From: Eledone cirrhosa
Lineage: Eukaryota
Reading direction: 5' to 3'
Length of the DNA: 64,000 nucleotides
NCBI GenBank assembly: GCA_964016885.1
Contig: OZ024742.1
Location: forward strand, 128,774,001 to 128,838,000
Shown: in pieces, positions 1 to 13,359 of the stretch
Numbering within the stretch: the stretch's first letter is position 1
Layout of the letters: the number at the start of each line of letters is the position of its first letter
Program-made: the position numbers and the translations under genes
The notes under the pieces: generated by a model
What the model saw: only the letters and a program-made list of their open reading frames with translations
Database searches by the model: none
What the model was told of the DNA's origin: nothing

Positions 1-22
1 ATATATATATACATATACATAT

Positions 23-69
<47 letters not shown>

Positions 70-524
70 TATACATATACATATACATATATATATATAT
101 ATACATATATATACATATACATATATATATACATATATATATACATATATATATACATATATATATACATATATATATACATATATATATACATATATAT
201 ATACATATATATATACATATATATATACATATATATATACATATATATATACATATATATATATACATATATATATACATATATATATACATATATATAT
301 ATACATATATATATACATATATATATACATATATATATACATATATATATACATATATATACATATATATACATATACATATATATATATATACATATAC
401 ATATATATATATATACATATATATATATACATATATATATATACATATATATATATACATATATATATATACATATATATATACACATATATATATACAC
501 ATATATATATACATATATATATAG

Positions 525-555
<31 letters not shown>

Positions 556-578
556 TATATACATATACATATATATAC

Positions 579-609
<31 letters not shown>

Positions 610-634
610 CACACACACACACATATATATATAC

Positions 635-671
<37 letters not shown>

Positions 672-705
672 CATGCACACACATATATATATATATATAT
701 GTATA
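1..705. repeat. Compound (AT)n/(ATAC)n microsatellite
   Basis: Almost entirely ATAT/ACAT units. Confidence 0.97.
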
Positions 706-895
706 TCTTCTTCGCCCACTTATTCCTGAGAGAGTTGCGGGCGCAGAGTCCTTAAACATTTGTTCCTGTGGGCCCTGTCTAACTGATCTGATTGGATCCC
801 CGAACGAGACCAGCCAAGCTCATGGATGTTAACCAACCATCTTGCTTTGGGCCTACCCCTGGGTCTCCTGCCAGTTGGTTTTGCCCATAGAATAG
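706..895 (-). mobile_element. RTE-type LINE 3' end fragment (family copy 1 of 3)
   Basis: Translates as LWAKPTGRRPRGRPKARW (RTE C-terminal G-R-R-GRP-W motif) and ends GAATAAGTGGGCGAAGAAGAAG. The same end occurs at 1959-2150 and 15580-15730. Confidence 0.75.
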
Positions 896-1028
896 ATAAT
901 AGAAAATAGAGGACTGATACTATTTGGGGATGGCCTGCCAATTCTGTGTTATTGTAATGGCGAACCATCCCCATTCTCTGTTGATGTTCACCATAATTTT
1001 ATTTCGTTACATAACTAACTCTGCAATT

Positions 1029-1104
1029 AACACCTGATGAAATCGCCTAAGTCTTGCATCATAATCAGATGACAAAGCCAGACCATTGAAATATGTTTAG
1101 TGTT
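1029..1104 (+). ncRNA. Decayed type I hammerhead ribozyme with long stem II
   Basis: AACAC-CTGATGA-AATCGCCT...AGACCATT-GAAA-TATGTTTA-GTGTT. Stem I is 5 bp; stems II and III are imperfect. Confidence 0.5.
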
Positions 1105-1467
1105 TTTGTGGGATTAAAATTCTCAAGAAAGTTTCCAGTCCGGCCTTCTGTTTTTAATGAGTATTTAACTCCATTGCTGCACTATCTACGAGATATCACA
1201 TATATCTATACTCACAGATAAAACAAAAGCAAGAAAAACAAAAACCTACACAAACTCTATTTTGCACATCTGTTGATAAAATGCTATCTACAATTTTTAT
1301 AAAGAAAAAAAAAAATGATTATCCCTTCAGACAGAGGACTAATCTTTCTTTGCTTTCATTAAGGATTATTGTAATCAAATCACTCTAAAAGGCAGTTTAA
1401 TATTTTATATAAAAAAGAAAACCAGACATTCTAGGGCATGTATGTAAATGCATACACCTGCACAAAG

Positions 1468-1596
1468 TGTGTGTGTGTGTGTGTGTGTGTGTGAGTGTGA
1501 GTGTGAGTGTGAGTGTGAGTGTGTGTGTGTGTGTGTGTGTGCGTGTGCGTGCGTGTGCGCGCGTGTGCGCGTGCGTGTGTGCACGTGCGCGTGCGT
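1468..1596. repeat. (GT)n/(GAGTGT)n/(GCGT)n microsatellite
   Basis: Direct reading. Confidence 0.95.
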
Positions 1597-1958
1597 ATAT
1601 GACTTTCTTTTGATTTTTTTCATTTCTTGATTATACTTTTATAAATAAAGCTAAGTGTACTTTATCACTTAAGTAGATTTCTACTGCCTCCACTAGTGAA
1701 GAAAGGGACATAAAGCTATGAACCGATAAGGTGATAGCAATGAGGAAATAAAACATTTTGAATATTTTTAGTACTAACCATTAACTAAAAACTTCTTTTT
1801 ATACTATCTTAATTCAGAAACTTTCTTTCTCACAGTATCTTGTTTTGAAGCCTTGTGGCAATTTTATTTTACAAACTATATTAAGAGTTGTGCTTGTTTG
1901 GCAAGTGAATTGGTTTGAGACTGTTGAAACTGAAGCAATTATATTGTGGAAGAATCTT

Positions 1959-2150
1959 TTCTTCTTCACCCACTTATTCCTGGGAGGGTCATGAGAGCAA
2001 AGTCCTCAACTATGCCTTCCAGTTGGTCCTGTCAATAGCAACTGTCTCCAATTAATCTGGCTGGATCCCCAAATGAGAGCAGCTGATCTCATGGATATTT
2101 TCCAGCCAGCTTGCTTGGGTCTCCTGCCAGTTGGTTTTGCCCATAAAAAT
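1959..2150 (-). mobile_element. RTE-type LINE 3' end fragment (copy 2)
   Basis: FLWAKPTGRRP motif and the same tail as 706-895. Confidence 0.72.
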
Positions 2151-2287
2151 CTGTCTAGTGATTCTTTTCTGAGGCATTCTAACCATATGTCCATCGTATC
2201 ATAGCTGTGATCTCTTAATTCAGAAAAGTAGCAGCTCTACCTGTAGTGACTCCCCAAGCTATGCACTCTATCGACTAACATTAAAAC

Positions 2288-2472
2288 ACACAATCTGTTA
2301 AATTTACTTTGTATTAATTATATATTTTAAGGTGTTAAATTTTTGCTGTACTCTTTGCAAACTAGCCACTATTGACTCAATTCCAGTCAGTGACCAAACT
2401 GCAAAGAGTGCAACAAAAATGTTGACAACATAAAATATATAATAAATTTAAAGTGCATTTAACAAATTGTGT
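2288..2472. mobile_element. Fold-back (MITE-like) element with ~72-bp imperfect inverted arms
   Basis: ACACAATCTGTTAAAT...CTCTTTGCA pairs with TGCAAAGAGTG...ATTTAACAAATTGTGT around a ~40-nt spacer. Confidence 0.7.
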
Positions 2473-3662
2473 ACTTCATTTATAAACCCAGAAGGATGAA
2501 ATCCAAGTTGACCATGGAAGGATTTAAACAATTTTCAGAGAACTAGGAATAAATGATAAATAAAGATTAGATGACCCATTAGACTATACCTTCCTTAATC
2601 TTAATATGATTTAGCCTCAATAAATATCACTCCAATTCCAAGTTCAGACTGAATTTTTATTTTTAAAAATACATTGAAGATACATGAATTTGCAGACGTA
2701 TCAACAACATAAGCCTGCATTGAAACAGAATATAAAATTACAAACTGAACAGCTGTAGTTTTTGAGAAAAACATACTATAAAAATATAGTAATTGAAATG
2801 AACTTATGAAAAATATATGAAAATTTCCATCACAAATGGGCTGAAGTTTATCATTTGAAAATGCCAAGATCAACATAACTTTTTCTTTATTGCTTTCAAT
2901 TTCCAATATTTTTCTTTTAATACTATACTAAAGTCAATATAATGTACTTTCTATTAATTTATGACTATTTCAGCAGTTTTTAAATATTTTATGACAACAC
3001 AAAATAGCAACATCAATTTTTTTCTGTATATTTCATTAACAGAAAATAATGGCCATAGAATCAGTTAAAAAAACAAACAAACAAATAACTTTCTCTTTAT
3101 TATTTGAAATATGTGCATCCTAATGCAAATGACCCTAATAATAGTTGATCACAATAAATAATATTTGATAAAAGACATAAGAAAAAGCTGACATCCTCTG
3201 TGCAATTTTTCTGTCTCAAGGGGTACTTTACCTGATTTTCTCAGCTATCATTTATAGTTATCAATTATTATTGTGGTCATTTCCGTTGGGACACACACAT
3301 TTCAAATTTTCCTAATGCTTCTATTTATTAATATCTTTTTTATGATTCTGTTTGAAGATGAGAAACCAACCAATATTTTAGTTCATTATTTTCATCTGAA
3401 GACATTTGGTAAATTGTCTTTATGCATACAGTTTACTTAAAACAGATTAAGTGAGAAGATGAAAATATTTAATATACAAGGAAACAATATTTTCCACTTG
3501 AAAACCATAAATCAATTTGCAGTAAGCATTTGTGAAGTCTTAGCCCGATTTGTTTTTCCTTTTCTTTTTTACTTAATTAATTCATCTTCAAACATAAATG
3601 TCAACATGATATAATTAACATAGTCTACAAACATCTGACTGATAAAATGACAAGTCAGTCAA

Positions 3663-4040
3663 TCATATTGGTGGCCTCCCCACAGCCCTGGCGGACAGAA
3701 TGGAGAAGGTGTTTGCCTGGAGGACGGCAAGGGAGACGCGCTGGAAAAGCCTTTCCAGTTCGCGAGGTTCACACCTGCGGCTGGCCAGCTCAGCGCCTAT
3801 AGTGGTGAGTAGGGAGGTAGCCCTAGGGCCGAGGACACCAGAAGTCTCCACTGCCAAGGGTACAACCGCAAACCTGTCGGAGAACGACCAGTATTTGAAG
3901 AGTTTGGCCTCCTCAGCCCGACGTGCAGCAGAACCTGGGTTAGCCGCAGACTGCACCAGGTTGCAGCTGGAGAAAGTAACATAGTAGCTGACAGTACTGA
4001 AGTGTTCCCAACACCAGCAACAGCATACACTGGCCACTTC
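3663..4040 (-). mobile_element. CRE-clade non-LTR retrotransposon fragment (restriction-like endonuclease C-terminus)
   Basis: AARRAEEAKLFKY...F.VVPLAVETSGVLGP...LFQRVSLAVLQAN matches the CRE endonuclease pattern (K..KY, P.AVET.G, QR.S.A.Q.GN). GC-rich island. Confidence 0.8.
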
Positions 4041-4289
4041 CCCCCACTACATTCCACAATATAGGCAAAAGTTGAGTCTGTCATGAATGAAATCAGTGAA
4101 GAGTATCAGCAGAAGCATAGTTAGAAAATATTACAAACTCTAATCAGGAGAGTATGGTCCCAACAAATGTAGGTATTGCCAGAAAAATAATCATGAGTAG
4201 TGCCAGAAGAAGAACTTTCTTGAAACACTTTCAACAGAAATGACAGTAATAAAACAAAATGCTATAAAATAATGAAATCAGCACTGCCA

Positions 4290-4415
4290 AATCACCCCCC
4301 CCCCCACAACCACAACAACAACACCACCAACAACAACACACCTCAACACAAACCACCACTACCACCACCCTCAACACCAACAACAACCACACAAACTACC
4401 ACCAACAGCACTAAC
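4290..4415. repeat. (CAA/CAC)n low-complexity tract
   Basis: Direct reading. Confidence 0.85.
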
Positions 4416-6280
4416 AGTCTCCTCAATAGTATTTTCCCATCAGAGCAGCATGATTCTTACCACTTTCCAAATTGATCGTTTCCTAAATTACTTTTCTAAC
4501 AACAAATTTCAGCTTTTGAAACTTAATCAACGGTATTCAAATCAGTCTCACATTTCTTTTCATTGTCGAGCACTACATCCTTCAAAACCTCCATGCTTTC
4601 TGAGATTTGCCAACACTATACCTTCCATACACACGCACACATGTATTTCATGACTTGCATACTGTTCATTTTCCTGACATTTGTACATTATTCTATGTAC
4701 TATACATGCACCTTTGATGAATTGTAGTACACCTGAGCACTGTACAATAATTTCATTATTATTATCATTTAATCTTTTATACTTCAAGTAAAATATCTAA
4801 AATATATAGACAGTATCCATCTATGGACCCTTAACTATTGATGGAATTCTAGGGACGCCATAGTGATATATTACGTGCCCTGAGCATTTTAAACCAGACA
4901 GAGCTGATTCTTCTCCAGATCTCAATACAGCCAATCTGTGAGTGAGTAGTGAGTGAAGAGAGAGAGGAAAAATTGACACCAGTACTGGATTGGTACTTTT
5001 TATAGACCTTGAAAGAATGGAAAATAAGATTGAACTCGGTGGGATTTGAAGTAAGAGAGCAGAGGGTTGGAATGAATACTGTAAAGTATTCTATTCAACG
5101 TTCTAACATCTCTGTCAAAAGATATACAACATTAATAATGTTTTTAAAGTATTAAATATGTAATCGCATAAAATATATATATAGAGAGAGAGATGAGGAT
5201 AATATTTGAAACAAAGACATCCCAATGTAAATGACTATAACAGTAGTCATTCAATATAAATAATAGTTGAGAAAAAGTGAACAGAATTGTCTGCAAGGAA
5301 TCAAATTCCACAGGGGATCAGTGGCACAGCTTGCTCATAAAATTAACATGCAAGTGACCAAGCATTCCACAGACATGCTCCATTCACGTAGTTCACAGGG
5401 AGATCCAGCATGACACAAGATGTGACAAGCATGACCCTTTGAAATAAAGAAGCTACAACTCATTTTTGCCAGCTGAGTAGATTGGAGCAATGCAAAATAA
5501 ACTGCTGCCTAGAATCAAAATCAAACTGATGACCTTACAATCGTGAACTGTACACCCTAACCACAAAACCATGTACATTCACCGATCAACTATATATTAT
5601 TGTTGTAAAGGTGACAAAACAAGAACTACTGCATGCAACTCTCAAAAGGAGAATCTGAAATAACATACATAGCCAGAAGTTGCTTTTTTTATAGTTTCAT
5701 CGAGCTGAAACAAAAGGCTCCAACAGTTTTCTAAACTGGAGCAAATCTGATAGAACACACAACAAATTCAATAATACAGAATCATAGTAGTGGGTTAGCT
5801 ATATCTGTTGGTGCAATCTTCTGCTAGAGTGGCATAGACAAGCAATGTAAACAAAGTGCATTCAATTCAACATATGACCGCAGTCATTTCATTTAATCAA
5901 CTGTATAGTACAGTAACAAAGACAGCAGGAGGAGAGGAAAGAACAGATGCATCTTCTGTCTATTATTACTTAATGTACAATACACTCAGACAAATCAATT
6001 TGCAATCAGCAACTTAAAATTGATATGAATTATAAAAGCAAATGTATGGTGTGTGTATGTGTGAGTATATCATTATTTTACATCCATTTATCTAAGCTTG
6101 CATGAGTTGAATGGGTCCTCTTCAGCACAACCTCCTTCCATTCGTAGTGTCTTTTATTAGTTCAGTGTTTTGAGATCAGCTCTAATCATCTCTGCCCAGG
6201 TTTAATATATATATATTAGTCCAACCCATGCAAGCATGGAAAGGTGGATATAAAAATGATGATGATGATGATTATATATA

Positions 6281-6364
6281 TATAGTGTCCTCCAAAAATG
6301 TATACTCACTTCAATAGCATTCTAATAAATATTGTCTGTATACATTTTTGGGACACCCGGTATA
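6281..6364. mobile_element. ~80-bp Tc1/mariner-type MITE
   Basis: GTGTCC..CAAAAATGTATAC / GTATACATTTTTGGGACAC inverted termini flanked by TA. Confidence 0.65.
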
Positions 6365-6365
6365 T

Positions 6366-6412
<47 letters not shown>

Positions 6413-6700
6413 GTTTAGTGATTAGGATGTTCGGCTCACAATCTTAAGGTCACTAGTTCAATTCATGGTGGCATGTTGTATCCTTGAGCAAGACATTATT
6501 TCATACATTGCAACAGTCCACTCACCAGGTAAAAGATGAGTTGTACCTGTAATTCAAAGAGCCAGCCTTGTCCTACGCAGTCTTTCTGAGAACCATGTTA
6601 AAGGTATACGTCTTTATGGAATGCTCAATCACTTGCATGTAATTTTCCGAGCAGGCTCTTCCATTGATCAAACAATGGTTGTTGAAATTGATGATGTACA
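6413..6700 (+). mobile_element. tRNA-headed CORE-type SINE
   Basis: A/B-box head followed by TCCTTGAGCAAGACA...AGTCCACTCA CORE-like block. Confidence 0.7.
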
Positions 6701-6741
6701 CAATGTAATTATATCAATATATATAACTTCCGACTACATAT

Positions 6742-7865
6742 GCATATGTAGTAAAAGATCAATAATTTTTTTTTTAAAGCCAGTACAATGTGATAGAAAA
6801 ATTTGAAGGGCAAATGATGACAAATGAAACAAAACAAAACAAAGTAATATTTTACCCAATGTACCCTCTTTTCAGATGCGAAGCTGAAACAGTCCAATAC
6901 AAAATGAATGAACAATCAAAATTTTCTCCCCTAACTGGTCTATGTGTTTGCAAAACCCATGCATAGGGTTGTTACAATAACCATTCTGCCTCATGCATTT
7001 CTGACCTATTATTTGTCTCTGGTTTTATTCTGTTAATGGCTTCCTTAATCGTTAAATTGCCAATATTCCTTTCAGTTGCCTCTATGGTGACCTCAATGTC
7101 TTGGTTGCAGCATCTGTTAAGATGTTTTTAACGGAAGAGTCTCTCATTGTCATGTACTCCTTGATCTGTATGTGTAGCCTCCTTATGTTACTTCCGAAGA
7201 GCTACAGGTTTTGCACGTCATCTTATAGACCACTTATGCTCTCATGCACACTTCTGCATTGTTGATGGGACAATTAGGCAGTGTGTATATATCGCTGTAT
7301 GTGAGTTGGCTCTGTAGAGAAGGGCGGAGTCGTGGTGCAAAATCATGTCTCTGCATGCATCCTTCCTGTAAAATTTGATGTATATGGATCCCTCCTCTGT
7401 GACTATTGGTGTCTAAAGTCGAATAGATAGAGGGATACAGTGGTGCCTGGATGTTCAATTTCAAATTTTGTGTGTGCATCTGTTTTTGAAGATGTTGAGG
7501 ATATTGATGGGTTCTTCATGTGATGAAGCGAGTGTAAGGATGTCACCAACGTACCTGGAGAAGAAGTAGCAAGAGTGGCAGGTGGTGAGTGCTGTGTGCT
7601 CTAACTGTTCCATGTACGTGATGGCCAACAGGACTGAAAGACTCAGTCCCATCGAAGTCTTGAGATTTGTTTGTATACAGAGACCTCAAACTGTAAAGAG
7701 GGTAATAGTCCTGAAATATCAGATTAAAAATACACTGGGTAAAACATTACTTCGTTTTGTTTGTCATCATTTGCCCTTCGTTGTTTTTCTACCGCATTGT
7801 ACCAGCTTTTAAGAAAAAATTTATTTGTCTTTTACGGCACGTGCGTGCGCCGTAAAAGACAAATA
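6742..7865 (-). mobile_element. Penelope-like element remnant (RT + GIY-YIG) between inverted pseudo-LTR segments
   Basis: 7461-7652 reads MGLSLSVLLAITYMEQLE...RYVGDIL (PLE RT, MGSPLS/RYVDD). About 7010-7232 reads, across frameshifts, VVYKMTCKTCS...RRLHIQIKEY...IKEAI...KPETN (GIY-YIG). 6742-6880 is an inverted, diverged copy of 7718-7846. Confidence 0.85.
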
Positions 7866-8043
7866 CATTTGTGCGTGCGTGTATTGCTAATGTAATGTTA
7901 GTAATATTTTAATGATCTACTTAATTATGTTTTTTTTATGCAAGATATTAATGTATTCATAACACTATCTGTATGAGTGCCCTCAGTTCTTGATATTTTA
8001 CTGATACAATGATAGATACAATAATTACATTGTTTTCAAAGTT

Positions 8044-8540
8044 TTAGGCTTCTGGCTGATTCAGAAAATTCGGGTTGTTTTCCATTTTCTCCAGTATTTT
8101 CACAGCCAAAGCCTTTCTCTTGGTCTTATCAGTTACAGTAAGCTTTTGTTTAGTCTGTATTCTTCTTAAGATCCTCATTGACAACTCTTCTGCAAGTTTC
8201 TGTGGAGAGACCTGAGGAATAGCTTCTGCACAACAATCATTTTGGGCTCTGTTCAACATGTCAATAACTTCCTGTGTACACTTCCTGGGTTATCCAGAGT
8301 AGGTAAGACAGTCCTCAGATATTGTACTGAGGTTTTCCACTGTCCTATAGGTCTCAAACTACTTCACCCAATTTTATATATTAGCTTTAAAGGGAGATTT
8401 GTCCATTCAAAAATATGCATGAAATTGCTCCTGGACCTGCTTTCACAAGCTACACTTATAGCAGTGTTTCACACAGAAAAATATTGTGCTAGAGCTCCCA
8501 TTGAGATCTTGGTGTCTTCTCAGACATTGTATCTGCCATG
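8044..8540 (-). pseudogene. Decayed Tc1/mariner transposase, N-terminal HTH region
   Basis: NWVK*FETYRTVENL...SG*PRK, then SPQK...RRIQTKQKLTVTDKTKR...ILEKMENNPNFLN, with stops and frameshifts. Confidence 0.7.
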
Positions 8541-9815
8541 ATTTGAAATTAGAAATGTTGAAATTCAAACACAGATTTGACTCAATGATCATAGCATTAG
8601 AACATCAGGTAAAATACCCTTACAGACAGAAAATAAGTGGCCAGTAGCCACTACAGAGAATTGAACTCTGTATCTCATGAATTCTGGCCAACTGTGTTAA
8701 CCTTTACTATGGTACAGCCATAGTGTTTGTTTTGTACTGTCAATATATTGTAATGATTAAGCAGAAAATATCTAAAACTAGATTTGTTATTTCATATGCT
8801 TGCAATAAATTTACTAGTGGACAAATTGTTGTGAAAATTAGCTGTATTAGAGTAAAGACCTAAATTTTTAAATGACACATTCATAGTGCTGTTTTGTACT
8901 GTTGAAGAATGTCTTGCTAATGTAATTTCATGTTGTACAGGACATTAAGAGTTAAAGAACTAGTGTTTTGTCTTTTTACAGTAAGAAAAACTCTTTCAGC
9001 ACACAAATTAAAGACTATACAATGTATATGCATGACATATGATGCAGTATCACAGTTAACTATGGACAGTGTATGAGTGGGTGGGTGTCTATCACTAAGC
9101 CTCTGTGTGAGTACTTGAGGCACAAGTGTACAATATATAATTTTCTGGGTATGTAATGATGCCAAAGTCATATGATTCCATAAAATGTTTGTTTTCCTTT
9201 TATTTCTCTTTTTTGGTTTTGCACATCAAGAAAATGGCTTTTATAGAGAGAAATAGCTAAAACTGTGTATCATCATACTACAGAGCTTTGTTGTTCATGA
9301 CATCAACACCTCTCATGCACTAAACACATCAAATCCCATCAGCTAAGCAAGCCTCTATATGGTTACTCCTTCAGTTAGAAATAGCAACTAAAGCTCCCAC
9401 AGTATTTAATGCAGTCCTTTACCACATGAAATAGCGTTACCCAGGCATTCTTGAAAAGTAGAAAACAGCACTGTGGTGGCATAACATTGAAAATTTAAGT
9501 CTTTACTCCAAAATCGTAAATTTTCAAAGCAAATATGTCCACTAGCAAAGATACTATATACCTTTGAATTAACAACCTGTTTTTAGACATTTTCTGCTAA
9601 ATTATTGCAGGATGTTAAGAGGGCACAAAAGATAGAAACAGCAAGTCAGAAAAAAAACAACAATAGGGGAGGGGAGGGGTCATGGTTAAATGTAGGCCCC
9701 TAAACAATAAAGGCTGACCTGGAGTAAATAGCAACACCACACCACACCACATCACATCACCAGTTTCTGCAATTGTATTTATATATTTTTACTCCCATTG
9801 TAAAATACTTAACAT

Positions 9816-10066
9816 TAACCCTCTTGTTACTATATTTCTAGTGAAATACACTGCCTGTATATTTCAATGAATTTTTTAAATAAACAACATTTCAGATGGG
9901 TTTAGTAATATAACAAACTTCTCCATTATTAACATGGAGATTAGAAGATAATTTAACAAAAGATTTTTGTTTAAAATTATGACAAGGTTTAAATTTAGAT
10001 ATGAACATTTCAAAATGGATGTTTTTTTATATGACAGTTTCAGACAGTTTGGTATCAAAAGGTTTA
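9816..10066. mobile_element. TTAA-bounded ~250-bp MITE (piggyBac-like ends)
   Basis: TTAACCCTCTTGTTAC...GGTATCAAAAGGTTTAA. Relatives at 13958-14695 (split by two SINEs), 16186-16442, 40558 and 63259. Confidence 0.6.
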
Positions 10067-10774
10067 AAGTCTGCTGGTTAGTGCAAACAAAACCTAGTGG
10101 TTAGGGTGTTGGTCTCGCAAATCATAAGATCATGTGTTCAATCACTGAACTGGCTGTTACATTGTGTGATAGCAGTTCATTTGACATTGCTCCGGTAGAC
10201 TCAGCTGAAAAATGAGTAACCTTGCAACAAACTGGCGTAGTCTCAAGTACTCCTGGTACTCTCAGTCATTTAGTGCCACATGAATCCACAAACTCCAGTC
10301 TGATGGACCCAATGCTCAAGAAAGACTTTAAACCGGCTGTATCTAGCCAAAATTCTCTCACCACTTTCTATTTAAACTGGCCATAACCAGTTACACATAT
10401 TTATGTTAAGGTATTGTTTTCAAAATAAATAATATCAAAATCTCGTAGATTCGATATTATGTGAGATAAAGCCTTTACCGTGAAAATACAATAGTAAATG
10501 TAGAGTAATGTAAATGCTAACGGGTTAAGTTAGTTATTCATTCTTATGTTTCTGGAAAGTACCAAAGGATTGAATATGCATGTGCAAATGTTGTGTGCAT
10601 GTGAGATTTGATATGTTAAAAGTGTGCATCATGTTATGAGTTGGTGATTGGTGGTGTGATATCAGTGTTTACAATACTGATATAAGTAGAACCAACTATT
10701 TCCAAGTGGAATTTTAGAGACAAAAAGAGATAAAAGGCCATTGACATGAAAGAGAAAAGGGAATTAAGTAAAAA

Positions 10775-11010
10775 ATATATATTTAAGACTGGCTGCCCAT
10801 GGGAACTTCGCTATGATGATGATCTGGTACTTATAGCAGAATCAGTAGAGGAGCTAGAGAATAAATTCTGGCTGTGGAAACAGCAGTTGGAATCAAGGGA
10901 ACTGAGAGTGAACCTAACAAAGACTAAAGTGCTGATAAGTAGGAAAGAGGACAAGACTGATTCCATCAAGGAAATGGCCATGTTCAATATGTAAAAAAGG
11001 AGTTGGTATA
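10775..11010 (+). mobile_element. RTE LINE reverse-transcriptase fragment
   Basis: GCPWELRYDDDLVLIAES...LRVNLTKTKVL followed by WPCSICKKGVG. Homologous to 33374-34180. Confidence 0.85.
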
Positions 11011-12668
11011 AAATCTAGGAGAAGGTCGCTCTGATATAAAACCTGCGACTTTGTTTGCATCCAATGATGTAGACTAGTTCTTTTTAGACAAATGCATTTG
11101 ATGATCAGAGAGTGGAACTGGGCCTGTGCAAAGCCTTTCCTCACTTAAAAAAAAATCTTCAAGCAGACATCACTTGATATGTGACATTTTTTGTGATGCA
11201 TGGTATTGCTGGCCATAGACAAGTCTCTAACAGGACTAAAAAGCCATGTCCATGATGCTCATGCTTAAGTATCAAGCGATAGCACTTGAAATTGAGTGCA
11301 TGCGTGCGTGTTTTATTCAAAGCTAAAGCTTCTTGAATCACAAGTGTGTTTTACATTTCCAATTGTAAGTAAAGAATCACCATGACATTGTATAACCAAA
11401 ACACATTGGACTATGATTCATCAAAAATACATAATGATTTTAGTTTTAAAAATGTGACAAAATGCATCCTACATTTATTTATTCAATGCCATATATAGAA
11501 CACAATATTTATTTACACACACAAACACGTTTTCATGTCTTTAGTAAAATTATTATTATCATATGACCATATTTCAGGGTATGGCAAATACATTCATTAT
11601 TCAGGAAGTCAATTTGTTTAGTCAGGAGACAGCTGGAATGTCCTTAATAAATAGCAATGCAAGAAGTGCCAGCAGAAATTCACCAATTCAAACCTTTTGT
11701 TCAAAATTGCAAAAGGCTCTAATTGAATATTATGGAGAGTGTTTAAAAAAAAATTAGATATCATTTGAGGTGAAAATATTCCAGAAACTACAAAATCTGA
11801 GCAACATAAGATTTATTCCTCAAAACTTGTCAACATTATAATACTAATTCACATTATAGAGTGGTAGTTTCTAGGTTATTTACATCTGAAATGGTATCTG
11901 ATTTTTTGAAAGGCCCTGTACTTCTCTAAAAGATAAAGATCTTGCTTTCAAGAACCACTAATATAGACGGATGTATATCCTCTAATGGACGAAATTTCAG
12001 ATATTATTGGATAATGAAGTGATAAGATCATCATCGTCCTCATCATTTTAACATCCACTTTCCCTGTTGATCTCAAGGACAGGCCAGGGATCAGCATCTT
12101 GCTTATGTACAATTTCACCTACAGAGTGCACAAGAAAGGTTATGTCTTTGATGCAAAAGAGGGTCCTCCCAACCCTTTGTTTGGCAAGTTTTCTATAGCT
12201 GGATGCCTTTCCTATCACCAACCACTTTACAGCATGTACATGATGTAAAGAGATTTTCAGTAAGCCCTATATTTGTTTCACAGCCATTTGCAAGAAAGAT
12301 CTTAGCTCCATAAACTAATATTCTAAAAAGAGATATTCCCTTCAGTGAGCAGATTTTAGGGCAAGTATAATTACAAAGAGAAGAATAGTTTTCCAAGTTT
12401 GTAATGGAGAGGTTTCTTCTATTTGTACTGGCTATGGATGTAGTAGGGTTTGAAGTAACTATGGCTCACTTTATAGCTATGTTTGTTAATAATATTATGA
12501 TAACTATAGTCTATGCTTATTTATAAGGTTTACCAAATTCCTGGCAATATAAGAACAGACATTTAAACTGTAAAGAGGATTATGCCATGATACTTTGTCT
12601 TCTATTTTTGAATTTATAAATATTAGCATTGTTGAATTCTCTCTCTCTCTCTCTAAATGATGGAGGAA

Positions 12669-12729
<61 letters not shown>

Positions 12730-12744
12730 TGGGATATATATAAA

Positions 12745-13228
12745 CCTGGGACGAGCTGATAAACTCCGACCTCACACACTTACACCTCTCCAAGACAATG
12801 TCACTGGACCGAGACCTTTGGCGGTACTCAGTAACAGAGAAGACCCGCCTTACCTAAATGCATAGTAAAACCTACTACAGCCAGTAGGCATCTCTAACAA
12901 AATACCCCCCCCCCCCCACACCACCCCGTTCTATGTAAAGTTATGTTGGTGCCACACCATCCAGGCCGAAACAAATGAGATCGTGTAGGTGTCACGACAA
13001 AAAAACACACAGTCCACGCTGTAATGTGGCCGTGTAGGCAACACGGTAAAAACCTCCCAGACCCACACTGTAAATGTGGTTGGTGTTAGGAAGGGCATCC
13101 AACTGTAGAAAACCTGCCAGACAGTCCTATGCGAGCAAGACAATCACTCTTGCCTCAAGTGGGACTACCCCCGTCCAAACCCATGCAAGCGTGGAACACG
13201 GACGTTAAACGTTGATGATGATGATGAT
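12745..13228 (+). mobile_element. RTE 3' end with long 3' UTR and (GAT)n tail
   Basis: DLTHLHLSKTMSLDRDLWRYSV C-terminus, then the AGGAAGGGCATCC module and CCCATGCAAGCGTGGAA..GGACGTTAAACG(GAT)n. A second copy lies inverted at 54420-54913. Confidence 0.75.
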
Positions 13229-13359
13229 ACTTCTTCCATCGTTTATCCATTTTCCATGCTGGCTTAGATTGGATGATTTGCCAGTCTATGACTATGTCTT
13301 GCTCATATACTCCACCTTTAACATGGTTTCTACAGCTGGATGCCTTTCTTAACACCAAC

